Source: Cyanophora paradoxa CCMP329 (lineage: Eukaryota > Plantae > Glaucophyta). Taken from it: DNA of 64,000 bases. A program made the position numbers and the translations under genes. Positions 12,212 through 24,400 of the stretch are shown here, one piece after another (the stretch's first letter is position 1; every line of letters begins with the position of its first letter). The notes under the pieces were generated by a model. That model made no database searches. It saw only the letters and a program-made list of their open reading frames with translations, and was not told where the DNA came from. Location: the NCBI GenBank assembly GCA_004431415.1, contig QPMI01000068.1, positions 1 to 64,000 of the forward strand, written 5' to 3'.

Positions 12212-12297
12212 TCCCCTCTCTCCCTCCGGCCAAGCTCAGCTCGCCCCCCTGGGGGTACTGCGTTTCCCATTTACGTCCAGGCTTCGCTCAAGTCCGC
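11722..12297. repeat. Six copies of the ~91-bp unit, including a C36 run at 12174-12209
   Basis: Units begin near 11731, 11822, 11914, 12012, 12103, 12225. Confidence 0.95.
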
Positions 12298-12633
12298 CCT
12301 CTTAGACGCGCGCCTCCTAGACAGTGCCCGGGGGGTATGCGTGCGGTGTGGTCATTGCTGCACAGAAGCAGCGGTGCTCTCGCACGAGGGAGAGGACGGC
12401 GAGTCGGGAGAGAAACAGGAGGGGGGAAAGGGGGGGGGGGGAGAGAAGGGGCGAGGGAGGGCGACGCCAGGCTCGCCGGCTCTCGGCCAAGCCCGGAGCT
12501 GGCCACGGCCGCGCGCGCCGGTGAGGCTCGGCGTGGGGGGGGTACGGGAAAGGGGGCGAAGGAAGAGGAGGGCAGGGGCGACGGACCGAGACGGGCCTCT
12601 GCGCAGACCGTTGTTGGACCGCCGCCGTCGCGA

Positions 12634-13888
12634 TCAGGAGGCCGTGGGCTCCGTCGCAGGCTCGCCGCGGATGCGGCGGGCGAGCTGAATGTCCTGGACG
12701 GACCGGAGCGCGCGGGCAGGGGTCGGGCGCAGGAGGCTTGGTGGTGGCGGGGGCCGCACCTTGGGCTGGATGGTGATGCGCCTGCGGTGGATCGCCAAGA
12801 GGTTCGCCTCCTCAAAGTGCTTGATGAGTTGCTGCGCAGAGGGGGCAAAGCGAGCGTGGGAAGCGCGCCCTCGGGGTCAAGGGGGCGGGGCCGGGGCGCA
12901 AACGCGGCGGACCATCTCGCTGGCCTCGCGCAGGCACTCGATGGCCTCGCGCGTCCAGCGGAGCTCGATCTTGGGTCTGCCCCCTCCTCGTTCTTCTCCT
13001 TGGCAATCTCGCTCCCGATCTCCTGCACCTGCGCCGCGCGGGCGCGAAAACGACGTGGCGGGGAGCGCGGGGGTGCGGCGGGAAAAGGGGGCGGGAAGGC
13101 GGACGAGGCGCTTAAAGGGCGCGTAGGGGATCAGCGGGTTCGTCGTCTGCGTCCGCGGTCTCAGTCGAACGATCCCGGGGCCACGGGGCCCGGGCCCCGC
13201 GGCGGCGGGCCGGCGGCAGCGCGGCGGCAGCGCCCACCTTTTGGTACTTGCGGATCTGCGATGCGACGCGGGATCAGGCGGCGCGCAGGCGCAGAGTCGG
13301 CTCAGCTACGGTAGGCTCGGCATGCATGCGCACCTCGCGGAGCGCCACCGTGCCTTTCCGTCGCCGCCGCCGCCCGACGACCGGCGCGGTACGCGCGTCA
13401 GGAATCGGTGAGAGCGAGCGAGAGAGAGAGAGAGGCCGGAGCGGCGCGCGCGGGCGGGGTGCATCTATAGCTAGCTATAGCTGCGTGTATGCGTGCATGC
13501 ATGCATGTGGCGTAGCTTGCATTGAGCTAGAGCGCGGCCGCGGGGCGGGGAGGGAGACGACCAGGGCGGTAGCGGTGCGGCTTCTTCACCTGCGGTGCGC
13601 ATGCGCACACGTTAGACGCGCCGGCCGCGGGATGCGGCGCCGGCGCTCCGGCTGGGACGCGACGCGCGCTGCGACATCACGCACCCCGCCTGCCGCCGGA
13701 GCCGAGCGGCGGGCCGCCTTGGTAGCCAGCTTCTTGCGCGGCGCCTTGCCGCCGGTGCTCTTCTTTGCCTGCGAGAGACGGCGGACATGAGACACGATGC
13801 ATATGATCGGCTGCAAGGCGGACGACGAGGACGAGGAGAAGAGCGCGGGGCGGGCGCTCTCGCTCACCGTCTGCTTGATGCGGGCCAT
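12634..13888 (-). CDS. Histone H3 variant, 9 exons: 13888-13868, 13768-13685, 13589-13562, 13353-13334, 13255-13238, 13146-13105, 13028-12913, 12831-12760, 12693-12634
   Basis: Eight GT-AG introns give MARIKQT|[28 protein letters not shown]|[10 protein letters not shown]|TVALRE|IRKYQK|[14 protein letters not shown]|[39 protein letters not shown]|[24 protein letters not shown]|[19 protein letters not shown]; exon 7 is 1 nt short at a homopolymer near 12975. Confidence 0.92.
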
Positions 13889-14392
13889 CCTCCGAGAGCG
13901 TCTGCGGGTGCGGACCTCGTGGAGCGCGCCGAGGAGCCGACTCGCTCGGGTCCCTTTTCAACGCGCGCACGCGCACGGGGCGCGCCGAGAGAGCGACGCC
14001 GCGGCCGAGGAGCATGGCTATTGGCGTGGAAAGCGCCGCTCTGCTCGCAGGACAAAAGTCTCCCGCCGGGATTCGAACCCATGATTCGAAGATGAGAGCC
14101 TCCCGCAGAACCGCACGCGTACCCCGGCCCGCACGAAGAAGGGTGCCGGCAGCCTCTGCGCGTTCATCCCTGTTGATAGCCGCGCTCTCGACTCCTGGCG
14201 GTGCGTTTGGGCCGGCGCCCGCCCTAGGAACGGTTTCCGAGGGGGTCCCCGGGGGCCGCCGGCGAGACCCGATTTCCGATCCGCTGGGCACCGAGCTCGA
14301 ATTCGGCATGCAGGGACCCGCTTTACTCTTAAAAAGTGGCTTAGTGCGGATCGGATCGATCCCGCTCATTTAACAAAACGATAATCAAAAGG

Positions 14393-14680
14393 AAGTTTGC
14401 CCCGGCGACTTTGCCCCGGCGACTTTGCCCGGGGGGAACTACGCGCAGGGGGGTACCCGTCCGACCACCACACTAGCAAGGCTCCAACGGCGGCACCCGG
14501 CGGTCGGAGAACTAGCTAGAGCACGCGATCTAGCTAGCTAGAGGCTTTAGCACCGCCGGCTACCTCGGCGGCGCTCGGTCTGAGCGTTCGGTACGCGGCC
14601 ATCGGTCTCGAGCTCGAGACCACCAACTTGGCGCTCGTAGTTCGTTTGTAAAGTAGCTGAGATCGATGCTTACCGCATGG
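14393..14680. repeat. ~290-bp direct repeat (second copy 17074-17362) starting with 14-bp actttgccccggcg units
   Basis: Near-identical text, both copies ending at atgcttaccgcat. Confidence 0.9.
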
Positions 14681-15315
14681 GGAAAACGTATTCGAAAACA
14701 GCTCGTTACTTCACGGAAGCCGCGGTCGGCGCCACCAGTACCAGAGCCAACAGAAGAGCAGGTCGCCGAGTCGGAAGCGCTGATTGCTCTGTACGCGCCG
14801 CGATCGCGGCTCGAGAACGCGGGCAGCTCTGTCGAGGTGCGCGTTCTCGGGGACTGCCGGCCCCTTCCGGTGGGCATCACTGATATGACAGGTGCGACCA
14901 CGGTTGCATCGATGCCTTAAGCTTGTGCCCTAATCTAAACAGCGCAGGGCCTGTTAGATTGAAGATCTATGTTTCAGAGACGTGGCAGACAGATCTTCTG
15001 GAGGCTGCGTACCGTGAACTCGTCCGCAGCACATACCACGCGCACCCTGATGCGCTGATGATGTATCGATACGACCCAGCAAGTCGGTGCTTCATTTACC
15101 TCGAGTTCTTTGCCGAGTACTTCGAGCCGGTGCAAGATATCTTTCCGTCTTCCCTCGATTTCTGATCATGATGCGGCATTCGCGAATTCACGCTTGCGCG
15201 TGCACAGAGGTCGAGTCCAGGGCCATCCCCGGATGATCTGTACTACGTCGCGAGGGATTCGGTGATCCCAGAAGTCGAGCACGCGCCCTTCCTGGCGACC
15301 GTTTTCGGATCCTAG
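14666..15315 (+). CDS. Hypothetical spliced protein (introns 14892-14947 and 15130-15207), one copy of an unknown ~120-aa domain
   Basis: Splicing gives ...SSVEVRVLGD...GPVRLKIYVSETWQTDLL...YRYDPAS...FEP|RSSPGPSPDDLYYV...; paralogous to the minus-strand gene. Confidence 0.55.
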
Positions 15316-15706
15316 CTATTGCCCGTTTCAAGGCCCCTAGCGGCCCGACAGCTGCATCTTATTCGAAGTCGTGGCCGCCGGCGCCATGCACGCTATAGCT
15401 AGCCGCTGAGCGGAACAGAGATTCGAATTCGTCTGCGCAGAGATTGCTGTATTTTTCTTAATTCGAATCCTTTGCCGCAAATGAGCGTATCGGCCTTGGG
15501 ACAACGCTGCCGCGGAGCGCTAGCGGTCGCATAAATCGAAGAGTTCGAATTCTCTAGAGAGCCATGTATGCGAAAACCACTAGAGAATATACATGCTGGT
15601 CGAATTCGTATTCGAGACGAAGCCGGCGCCGTACGCGTAGTGCATCAGGAATAATGAAGCTAGCTAGCACTATACGTCGCCATTGAGCGGATGTTTTCCA
15701 GAGCAA

Positions 15707-16800
15707 TCATGGCTCGCATTCGCGACAGGTAGTTCGAGGCCTGCGCTCGTTCTCCGGATCCCCGCGGGAACTGGTCGCCCGCGAGGTAGAAGAAATCACC
15801 CGGTGATGGTCCCTGAGGTTTCGATGTCTGTGCACATGCACGCGCACGCGTGAATTCGCGGATCCGGAAGCCGCATCAGAAATCATCGTCAGACGCAAAG
15901 AAAGCTTGCACCGGCCGCTCGAATCCACTGGTTTCTGGGTTGAACCAATACAGCGCTACATTGTTTTTCGGTACGAGAAACTCGCTGCACGCCCGCGCCA
16001 GCAGCGCGTCCGGCCACGACCCCGAATCCGGATCATTGACTTGCACAAGATCTGCACAGGCCCATTAATTCTGTAAGAAATGTCTCTGAAACGGGATAAA
16101 TGGGCACCTGACATAATTCTCCAATCGTCCGCTACAACATGCACCGCTACGGAGCTGTTTCCTTCATTAATATTCTCGACTGGTGGCGTCGCGCGCAGAC
16201 AAAGGAGTCCGCGCGTGTCGAGCGGTGGCGGCACGAGCGAAGTTATATCTAGAGCATCGCTGTTCTGCGTCGCTGCCGTCGCTGGTGCCTTTGAGAAACG
16301 GGCGGCCAATCTTGCCAGGTATCGTGCGGGCTCCGCTCCCGGCGGAAATTGGTCGCCCGTGAGGTAGAAGAGATCGCCTGGAGATGGTCCCTGTGGTTTC
16401 GATGTCTGTGCGCATGCACGCGCACGCGTGAATTCGCGGAAGCCGCATCAGAAATCATCGTCAGACGCAAGGAACTTTCGCACCGGCCGCTCGAATCCAT
16501 TGGTTTCTGGGTTGTACCAATACAGCGCTACATTGGATTTGGGCACGAAATACTCACGGCACACATCGGCCACTAACGCTTCCGGCCACGACTCCGAAAC
16601 ATTGATCGTGAATCGCACAGCCATGCCTCGCACAGGAACTGCACAGGGGTTTTCTATGGTATGGCATCCTGGTCGCAAAAGCGACAAGTACCTTGCGTCT
16701 CTTCAGGGTCCTGGATGCCCCACGGGTAGTACCGCAAGTCCGCGAAAACGCTCACCTCGACGGAGCGGTTTGGCTCCGCCGACATCGCAGTAGCGATCGC
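15707..16800 (-). CDS. Hypothetical spliced protein with two tandem copies of the same domain (ends approximate; second copy frameshifted)
   Basis: AVRFTINVSESWPEALV...VALYWYNPETNGFERP|TSKPQGPSPGDLFYL and SWPDALL...VALYWFNPETSGFERP; intron positions shared with 14666-15315. Confidence 0.5.
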
Positions 16801-17746
16801 CGAGACCGCCGCGCCTGAAGAAGCAGCCGACTGCCTACTCCGCTGTCGGAGCTGCCCCGCGCGAGAGACGCTCCTGTCAAGGGAGGCCGCACGGACGCAC
16901 GCGCAAGGCCGCTATGGGTGCGGAAAGAAGGCCTCCGGCGCACCTTTTCGAGCGCCACGTGCCACGCTTCCACGCCGACAGCACTTTGACCGCTTGCCAC
17001 GCCGACAGCACTTGGACGCTAGCAGAACACAGCTCCAGATCCTGCGCTCCGGAAACCGCGACTTCGCCCCGGCAAGTTTGCCCCGGCGACTTTGCCCCGG
17101 CGACTTTGCCCGGGGGGAACTACTCGCAGGGGGTACCCGTCCGACCACCGCACCAGCAAGGCTCCAACGGCGGCACCCGGCGGTCGGAGAACTAGCTAGA
17201 GCACGCGATCTAGCTAGCTAGAGGCGTTAGCACCGCCGGCTACCTCGGCGGCGCTCGGTCTGAGCGTTCGGTACGCAACCATTGGCAGCCATCGGTCTCA
17301 AGAGCACCGATGTGGCAGCCGTACTTCGGTTGTAACGTAGCTGAAATCAATGCTTACCGCATTCAAAGCGCTGTGCGCTGCGCCCCAGCTCATAATGGTC
17401 GGGCCTGGGTGAAGTTGGCCGAGGTCGGGCCGCCCAACAACCTCCCTTAAAAGCTGCAAATCGTCTCTAAACGACCTTTTAGAACACTTGAACCAGTCAA
17501 GGCAGCCCGCATGCGTCGCTCTCTTGACGAGTTGTGCTCGCATCCACGACGGACCACAGAAGCTACCGGGCCATCGGCGCTCAATGGATCCCATGCACTT
17601 ATGCCTAGCTAAGCACATTTAGCACGGCAGCAGTGCTCCCCCGCGCGGCTTTCCTAGGTGGGGTAAAGACAGGTGTGGTAAAGTCAGCCCTAAGTGAGTG
17701 AAGTTGCAAGTTTACCATGTGGTAAACTTAATTCCTGGCTCCCAGT

Positions 17747-18036
17747 GTAAGGAGGATCATAAGGGATATTGAGGCCCAGGATGGCGATACAGTCTCACTT
17801 CGTGTGAGGTTTTATAGAATTCCTGAAGACTTTAATAACCTCCCAAACAACTACGATGTTGTTATCCACGAAGACACACCATATATTGAAACACAAAAAT
17901 CTGGAAAACGTGCATTGATGCTTTCCTGCCCCAAGCAAGTGCTGGTTAGATTGCTTGAACAGGTGCAAGAGGACTTTAATAACTTCCTTGCATTGTGGAC
18001 TCTGAACGAGATTGCTTCCTTCCTGATTTCTATTGG
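17747..18036 (+). pseudogene. N-terminal fragment of the PLV-A PolB-helicase gene, left of the LINE
   Basis: DTVSLRVRFYR...PYIETQK...CPKQ...VQEDFNNF...EIASFLISIG aligns with PLV-D NMVTLNVRLFR...TYIESKR...CTKA...VQSTFNTF...VIAEFI and continues in frame at 29091. Confidence 0.85.
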
Positions 18037-18495
18037 CCTTGGCGATTTGCATTAGCACACAACAACAACTACTAGGAGTTTCACATCGCCCAATTTATCT
18101 CTCCGACTAGATAACACTGAGGACCGTCGAGTGCTGTGCTCTGTCTAAATGGTAGGTTTGGTGCTGGGCTATCTGTATATCTAGCTACACTGGAGGTCTG
18201 AAATAGGTTTGTAGCTAGCTGTAGCTATAGGTAGCTATTTATCTGTCGCTAGCGCTAAGTCTGATCTGCAGCTATTTTGATTTGTATACTAGGGTCCCTG
18301 AAAGTGAAAAGGAAAGGAAAGTAGCTAGGGATCCCGGCTCCCGTCTGCAGGTGTATACACCCCGATCGATTTTCGCTGCTCCTCGCCAGCCCCAGCCGGG
18401 TGGGCTACTGGCTCGCCTCCGCCTCCGCTGTCTTGGTGTTGCCTCCCCCGTGCCCCTTATGAGACCCCCCCCCAGATAGCGCCCATTTTATCCCT

Positions 18496-21400
18496 TCAGC
18501 GCGGCCTGGTCCGCGCCGTGCCCACGCCCCAATCATACCTGTTGGTGTGGTCGTACAGCTGCATCGCTTCGGCAGCCGCTGCCCAGCCGTAGTCCTCCGG
18601 GGGACAGTTCAGCGATGCGTATTCCAGGTTTTCCCCACCGCCGCGGTGCCTGGACATTAGCGCGTGGCACGCGGCGCACCGTTCTGTGCACCGCTCCTTG
18701 GTCGGCTGGCCTCGGCGCTGCCGGGATGGCCCTGCCGCGGATTGATCAGACTCGCCTGCCGCCTCGCGGACGCGCGCCTCGGTGCGTCTTCGCTTCGCGC
18801 GGCGCTCTTTCATCACCTTCGTGATCCCGCACTCTTTCTCCCACTCAGCGTAGGCCTTGCAGCGGGCGGCCCACGTCTTGTGGGCCTGCTCGCCTATCGC
18901 CGTCGTCAGCTTCCGCGTGACCTTGGCCGCCAGCTTCTCGTCCGGGATCGTCTCCCGGACCATGTCGGTGAGGCCCGCAGGCGGCAATCCACGGAGCACA
19001 CAGATCTGTGTTCGTCGTTCTAGCGGCGTGAGCGTCGGCTCGTTCACGCGCGTCACCTTGAGCGAGTTGCAGAGCGCTTGCGGGAGCGACCGCTGGAGCG
19101 GCTTCGCGAGCGCACCGCTTACAACGGCTGATATGCTTGCTTCTGCCGCAGCGCGCGCTTCCACCGCTACCGCGCTGAGGCACGTGAGCATGTGCTCGAG
19201 CGTCTCCTCCGTACCAGCGACTAGCCTGGGGCGGCCGGCAATGTCTTGCTGCCGTGTGCCGCAGAGCACGCACAGCCCGTTTGGGTTCACCTCGCTGTAC
19301 AGCTCTGGCGCGTCCCGCTTGCGGACCAGGGCCGTCGCCACGGTACCCAGCACCAGTTTCACATGCGTACCCCGGTAGCAGTTGCTTTCCCGGCTCACCC
19401 CGACGCGGCGGGGTCCCATCGCCATCTGATCGTACACAGCGCCGTGATCGACCGGCTCCCGCAGCCACTGGCCTGCCTGCGCCTGATTCGACCAGGCGAA
19501 GTGCGTATGATGCGCATGCAGCACTGCGGCGTGCCTCCGGGGATCGCCTTCGACCCGCCTCGCGGTTCCGTCCGACCCCTCGATCGTCAGGACCGCCGGC
19601 ATGCTGAACTCCGGCGGCAGGAAGATGCCCTCATCGATCTCCGGCTGGTCGAGCTCCCTGGCGAGCTTCGCGGCGGCGTCGGCACGGTTGTTCATCTCAT
19701 CAGTGCCGTGCGCTTTGACCTTGACTAGCTCGATTTCCCGGCTGTGCTCACGCTTCGCCAGGATGGCCCGGAATCTGGACCAAGCGTAGAGCTCGGCGCT
19801 GCACGGGTGGCGGACGTAGTCGCGCGCGTGCTTGTGGTGCGCATTCTGAACGAACTGTTTGTACCACGTGCAGACGTTCTGACTGTCCGTGTGCAGCCGC
19901 AGACCTGTAGGCGCGAGCACGTCGGCGACGATCGCCGCCTGGAGCTCTGCCTTGTTGATCTCCTGGAGGCCGCGGAGCCGGCCGTACAGCGTGGACTCCT
20001 CTCCTTCCGGATTGAGGGGCGCAACATCCGGTGCGCGGGCCGGAATCACTATTCCAAACCCCGCTCGGGCATCCGCTGTCTGACCGGCCCCCAGGCTCCC
20101 GTCCGTCCAGATGTTCAGCTTTCCTTCCGTCTCGGCGTACCGAGCGAGTTGTTCCGTCTCTGCCTTGGGCCACACTTCCAGCAGGTGCTGCCAGTAAAAG
20201 TTTTCGGTCCCGCCGTGCTGCAGATCGCGTGTCCATGTCTTGGGCCCCCCGCCCGTGTAGTAAAGGTCGCGCCGTTCCGCAGATTTCGACACGGGGCGGG
20301 CCTCGTCCCTCGGCTCCGTGCTCGGCGCCGCCGCCGCCGCCGCGTCCAAGGCTACGCGCAGGTCCTCCTCGGCCTCGGGGCTCAGCTCCTCGCGGAGGAA
20401 ACGTGGGTCCTCGTCCTGGACCGCCTTCACGCGGGCCTGGCGGAGGAGCTGCTGGCGTCTCTCGTCTTCATTCAGTCCGGGATCGTAGTACTCGAGCGTC
20501 ATCCGCCCAGCGGCCCCCTTGCGCCCTCGTCGCGACTTCGTCTCCCGGCTCTCTCCGGCGACTAGATACGTCTCGGGTTCGCCGCCCAAGCTCAGGAGGG
20601 TGTCCTCTTCCTCCCACCAACCCTCACCGTTTGTCCAAGGGCCGTCGCACTGACTCATTTCCGGGCAGCGTGCCGGGATCGGGTGCTTACACCGCTCGTC
20701 GTGGTGCCAGTACATCTTTCCGGAGCCGGGGACTGCCGTGTACGTTTCCGGGCGCCCCTTCACCTTCTCGTGCCTGCAGTGACCGTCGCACCGGCAGTAG
20801 AGTCCGGGCTCGCTCCCGTCGGCTTCGGGGTCCGCGCCGCTCGGTATCGGCACCCAGTGCTCAAGCAGGTATTCGAACGCAACGATGCTGCCCTCCGGCG
20901 CCCTCCCTCTGACTACCCGGCCCACGTAGGGCAATGCAGCTTCATCGTGGAGCGCCTCCGCCTCGAAGACGGCTACGAAAGTCCCCGGCGTCCACTTGAC
21001 CTTGCGGGCCCCGCCGGGGAGCGAGGCCATGGCCGACGCGCGCGTGCCCGCCCTTCGCATCGGGTGCCGCAGCTTCTTTCCGTCTACCGTGAGCGCGCCC
21101 ACCAACTCTCGCCACCACGCAGGCTCGCTCTGCTGCAGCGTATCCTTGGGGGCCTGCGTCTGCAAGTCTCGCCAGGTGCGCACGGTCTCGCCGTCCGCAG
21201 CGGTCACCGCATCCATCGTCACTGCGCCCGCCTTGTACAGCGCGGGGGCCGCTACTCCAAAGATCGAGCTCGGTATGTGCGTCGCGACGACGTAGCGTCG
21301 GTCGAGCCGCTCCGGATCAGGCCAAGGCGTCGTCCCGGGCATGGTGCGGAACGCCGCGTAGCGCGCGTGGTTCGACACCAGCCTGTACTTACGCCGCTGC

Positions 21401-24400
21401 ATCTGCGGCATGATCGCAGCCAGGGAGTTCCCGCGGGCCAGTCCGCTGGAGACGGGCGCATTCAGGAACTCGGTCGGGAGCAGCGGCACGCCGAGGTCCT
21501 CCTGCAGCGCGCGCACTCGGTGCCGGACCGCCTGGGCGAGCAGCGAGCCCTCGGGTGCGCAGAGGCGGATCTGTGCCTCCGCGATCTGAGCCTCGGCCTG
21601 CAGGTGCTCGGTCCTTTTTAGGCTGTACCCCCCGTGGCTCCAGATCACGTAATTCGTCGTCGAGGCGGCGAGGTTCGCGTGGTGCTTGACCACCCTTAGC
21701 CAGATGCGATCTAGCTCCTGGCACTGACCCTCGCTCAGGGTCATGAGCTTCAAGCCGTACGCGATTCGGGCCTGGACTACGGCCTCGACAAGGTAGCAGG
21801 CCTCGTTCGCGGTGAGCTTTTTACGCTCTATCAGCGCCACGGCTCCTCGCGCCTGATCGCAGATGTACTGCCACTGACGATCCCAGTTCAGGTTCGCGCT
21901 CATATGCACCCCGAGGAGCTTGAAGTGCTCGTGGGGCTGGCGGACGAGCCCGACGGGGGTACCGTTAATCTTCGGCGGGGAGGGCCGCTTCTCCTTCTTC
22001 TTCGCGGCGGGGTGGGCCCCCGGTTTGCTCTCAGTCTCGCGGCGTGCGTTGTTCCACGTGAAGATCGTCTTCTTCGCGTTGACCTCGATATCGTGCAGGC
22101 GGAAAAACTCGCCGGCTACGTCGGCCTGGGCCTGCAGCCCCCGCAGGCTGCCGCTCATCCACTTCGTGTCGTCGGCGTATGCCACGCCGCTGACGCGGGC
22201 CCGGCCCGCGCGCTCCGCGGCGTCTGTCTCTCGCGGGTTCCCCATCACGTACGCTGTACCCGGCTCCTCCGCCGTCTCGGGGTGAGCATAGTGCTCCATC
22301 GTTTTCGCTACCTTCTTGCCTCGCTCTCGCTCGTGCTGATCCAGGCGCTCTTGCGCGCAGAGGAGCGCATCGTAGAAGATCAGCCAGTGCAGCGGCGACT
22401 CGACGCCGCCCTGCGGCAGCCCGCACTCGAGCTCGAACTCGTCGGAGAGGCCGTGCCCCGAGATCGCCCTGGTTCGGCGGCGCCGGAATATGTTTCTGTG
22501 GAGCTCGATGTACCCTTCCGGTACGCGCAGCCTCCGCATCGAGAGTTCCATGCTCTCCCACGAGACTGAATCGTACGCGCGCCTGATATCCTGCAGCAGG
22601 ACGTAGACGGGCTTCTTGTACTGCTTCGCGTCCTCGAGGACTGCGTTAAAGACGTGGAGGGCGTCGTCCGTCGAGCAACCAGGTCTGAAGCCGTAGTTGG
22701 CGCCCCTCAGGAACCCGTTCTCATGTATGGTCCGGGACAGGCGCGCGTTCAGGAGGCCCGTGGTCAGCTTCAGGGCGACCTCCTGGAGGGTGATCGGCCG
22801 CAGGTTGTTATCGATGTCTCCGTCCCATTCCCCTTGCTTCGTGATGCCAAGGATGTTGCCCTGACACACGGCGTCCGGCATGTCCCGCAGGCGGATCGCC
22901 TCCGCCACCAGCGAGAGCAGCAGCTTCCGGCCCCAGTGGACCGGCTCGCCCTCGGCAGCCCCGTCGGGGCCCCCATCCTCCTGTTCGGGGCGGGCGGGGG
23001 CCGCGCCCCCTGCCCCTTTGCCTTCGCCTTCCTCCTTTTTCTTGGGCACTTCCGCCCACAGAAACTTCACCATAGCGTACGAGAAGTTAGACGGCCCTGC
23101 CGCCGTGTTCCCCAGCGTCTTAATGTACTCTCCGAGCTCATGTTCGCTCGGCTCGGCCATGTCCCTCTCGTATTTGGCGGGGTCAACGTAGTCTTTCGGC
23201 TCGTATTCGAGCCTCCAGAAATCGAGCAGTGCCCTCCCCGCGCTGTCTTTCAGCACGCTTTGAGGCAGTGTTTCCACCGTGCCCCCCACTCTGGGTTGCC
23301 GGCGCTTGCACCAGGATCGCCAGTGCTCTTTCAGTAGCCGCTTCACTTCGGCAGGCTCGTTGTAGATCTCGTACGTTTTTCCGTCTCCTGAAACTCGAGT
23401 GATATGCATGATCGGCCGGTTTCTGGGCTTCTCTAGGACCGAGGCGATGTAGGAGCCTAGTCGGCGCCCATCCATGAAGTTGTCTAGCCTGCTTTTGAGG
23501 GCCTTCTCTATTTCGCCTGCCTGCAACGCGCGGCGGATCCTCTGCAGATCGTGCCGCGTTCGGTTCTGCCATGTCTTGAGCTCTCTAAAGAAGGTCGCCC
23601 AGTCTTCTTTCAGCTGCCGTCGGCGCGCAGCGGCCCAGTCATTGTCAACTTCAACGTCGACGTCCGCATTCGAAGTTGAAGTCGAATTCGGCGACGGTGG
23701 GGGGGAGGACTGGGACGGGGGGGACGAAGTTGGGGTACCGCCTGCAGCCGGTGGCGGAGATCGAGATCCGCTCGAGCTTTGGGAGTTACTTGTGCCGTCC
23801 TGGCCCTGGCTTTGGGGCCACGAGCCTTGTGCACGAGCCCGCCTTTCAGCCGGCCTCAGCGGGAACGGCCGCAGACCTTCCTTGTCCGTCACGTAGTTCT
23901 GCAGCTTTTCTACTGCCAGGATCGTCTGTTCCGACGGAACCCCGTTGGGTTCCTTGTTCCAGGCTGCCAATATGCGGGCGACCTTTGAGTCCACCTTCGC
24001 CTGCCACGGCAGGTTGCGCGGCTTGGTCGGCTTCCCGCCCCGGCGTCTCATGAATAGATGCTCCTTTGCCACCTCCTGAACAAGTGCGGCGCTCGCAGCG
24101 TGGATCCGGGCCAGGCGGTCGAGGCGCTCCTCCGGCGTTCCCTGGCCGACCGACTCCAGGTCCGACCCCAGTGCTTCCCCGAGCTTTTTGTTAAGCTCTC
24201 GCTTCAGCTCGTCCTTATGCTTCAGCGTCCGCTTCAGGCCGTCTGGGTCGAAGACCGGCGGACCTGGCTTCGGGGTGAGCATCGGTCCCACCGGCGCGAT
24301 CAGCCCGGCGCGCTCCAGGTCGAAGTCCGCGAGCACCGGGAAGTGATCTGAGTCGTGTGGCGCATCGACCCAAGTCGGGCAGGCGTGCACGCTGAGGAGC

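Noticed and set aside
1-12297. Repeat arrays as CRISPR
   Set aside because: No unique spacers, no cas genes, eukaryotic context
150-13314. Many long overlapping Arg/Ala/Pro-rich ORFs, such as 11635..13314
   Set aside because: Expected from high GC and repeats; 11635..13314 is satellite plus the antisense of the H3 gene
14054-14085. tRNA-like GGGTTCGAATCCCGGCGGGAGA followed by a T-run on the minus strand
   Set aside because: Only a T-arm/B-box; no D-arm, anticodon arm or pairing 5' acceptor strand found
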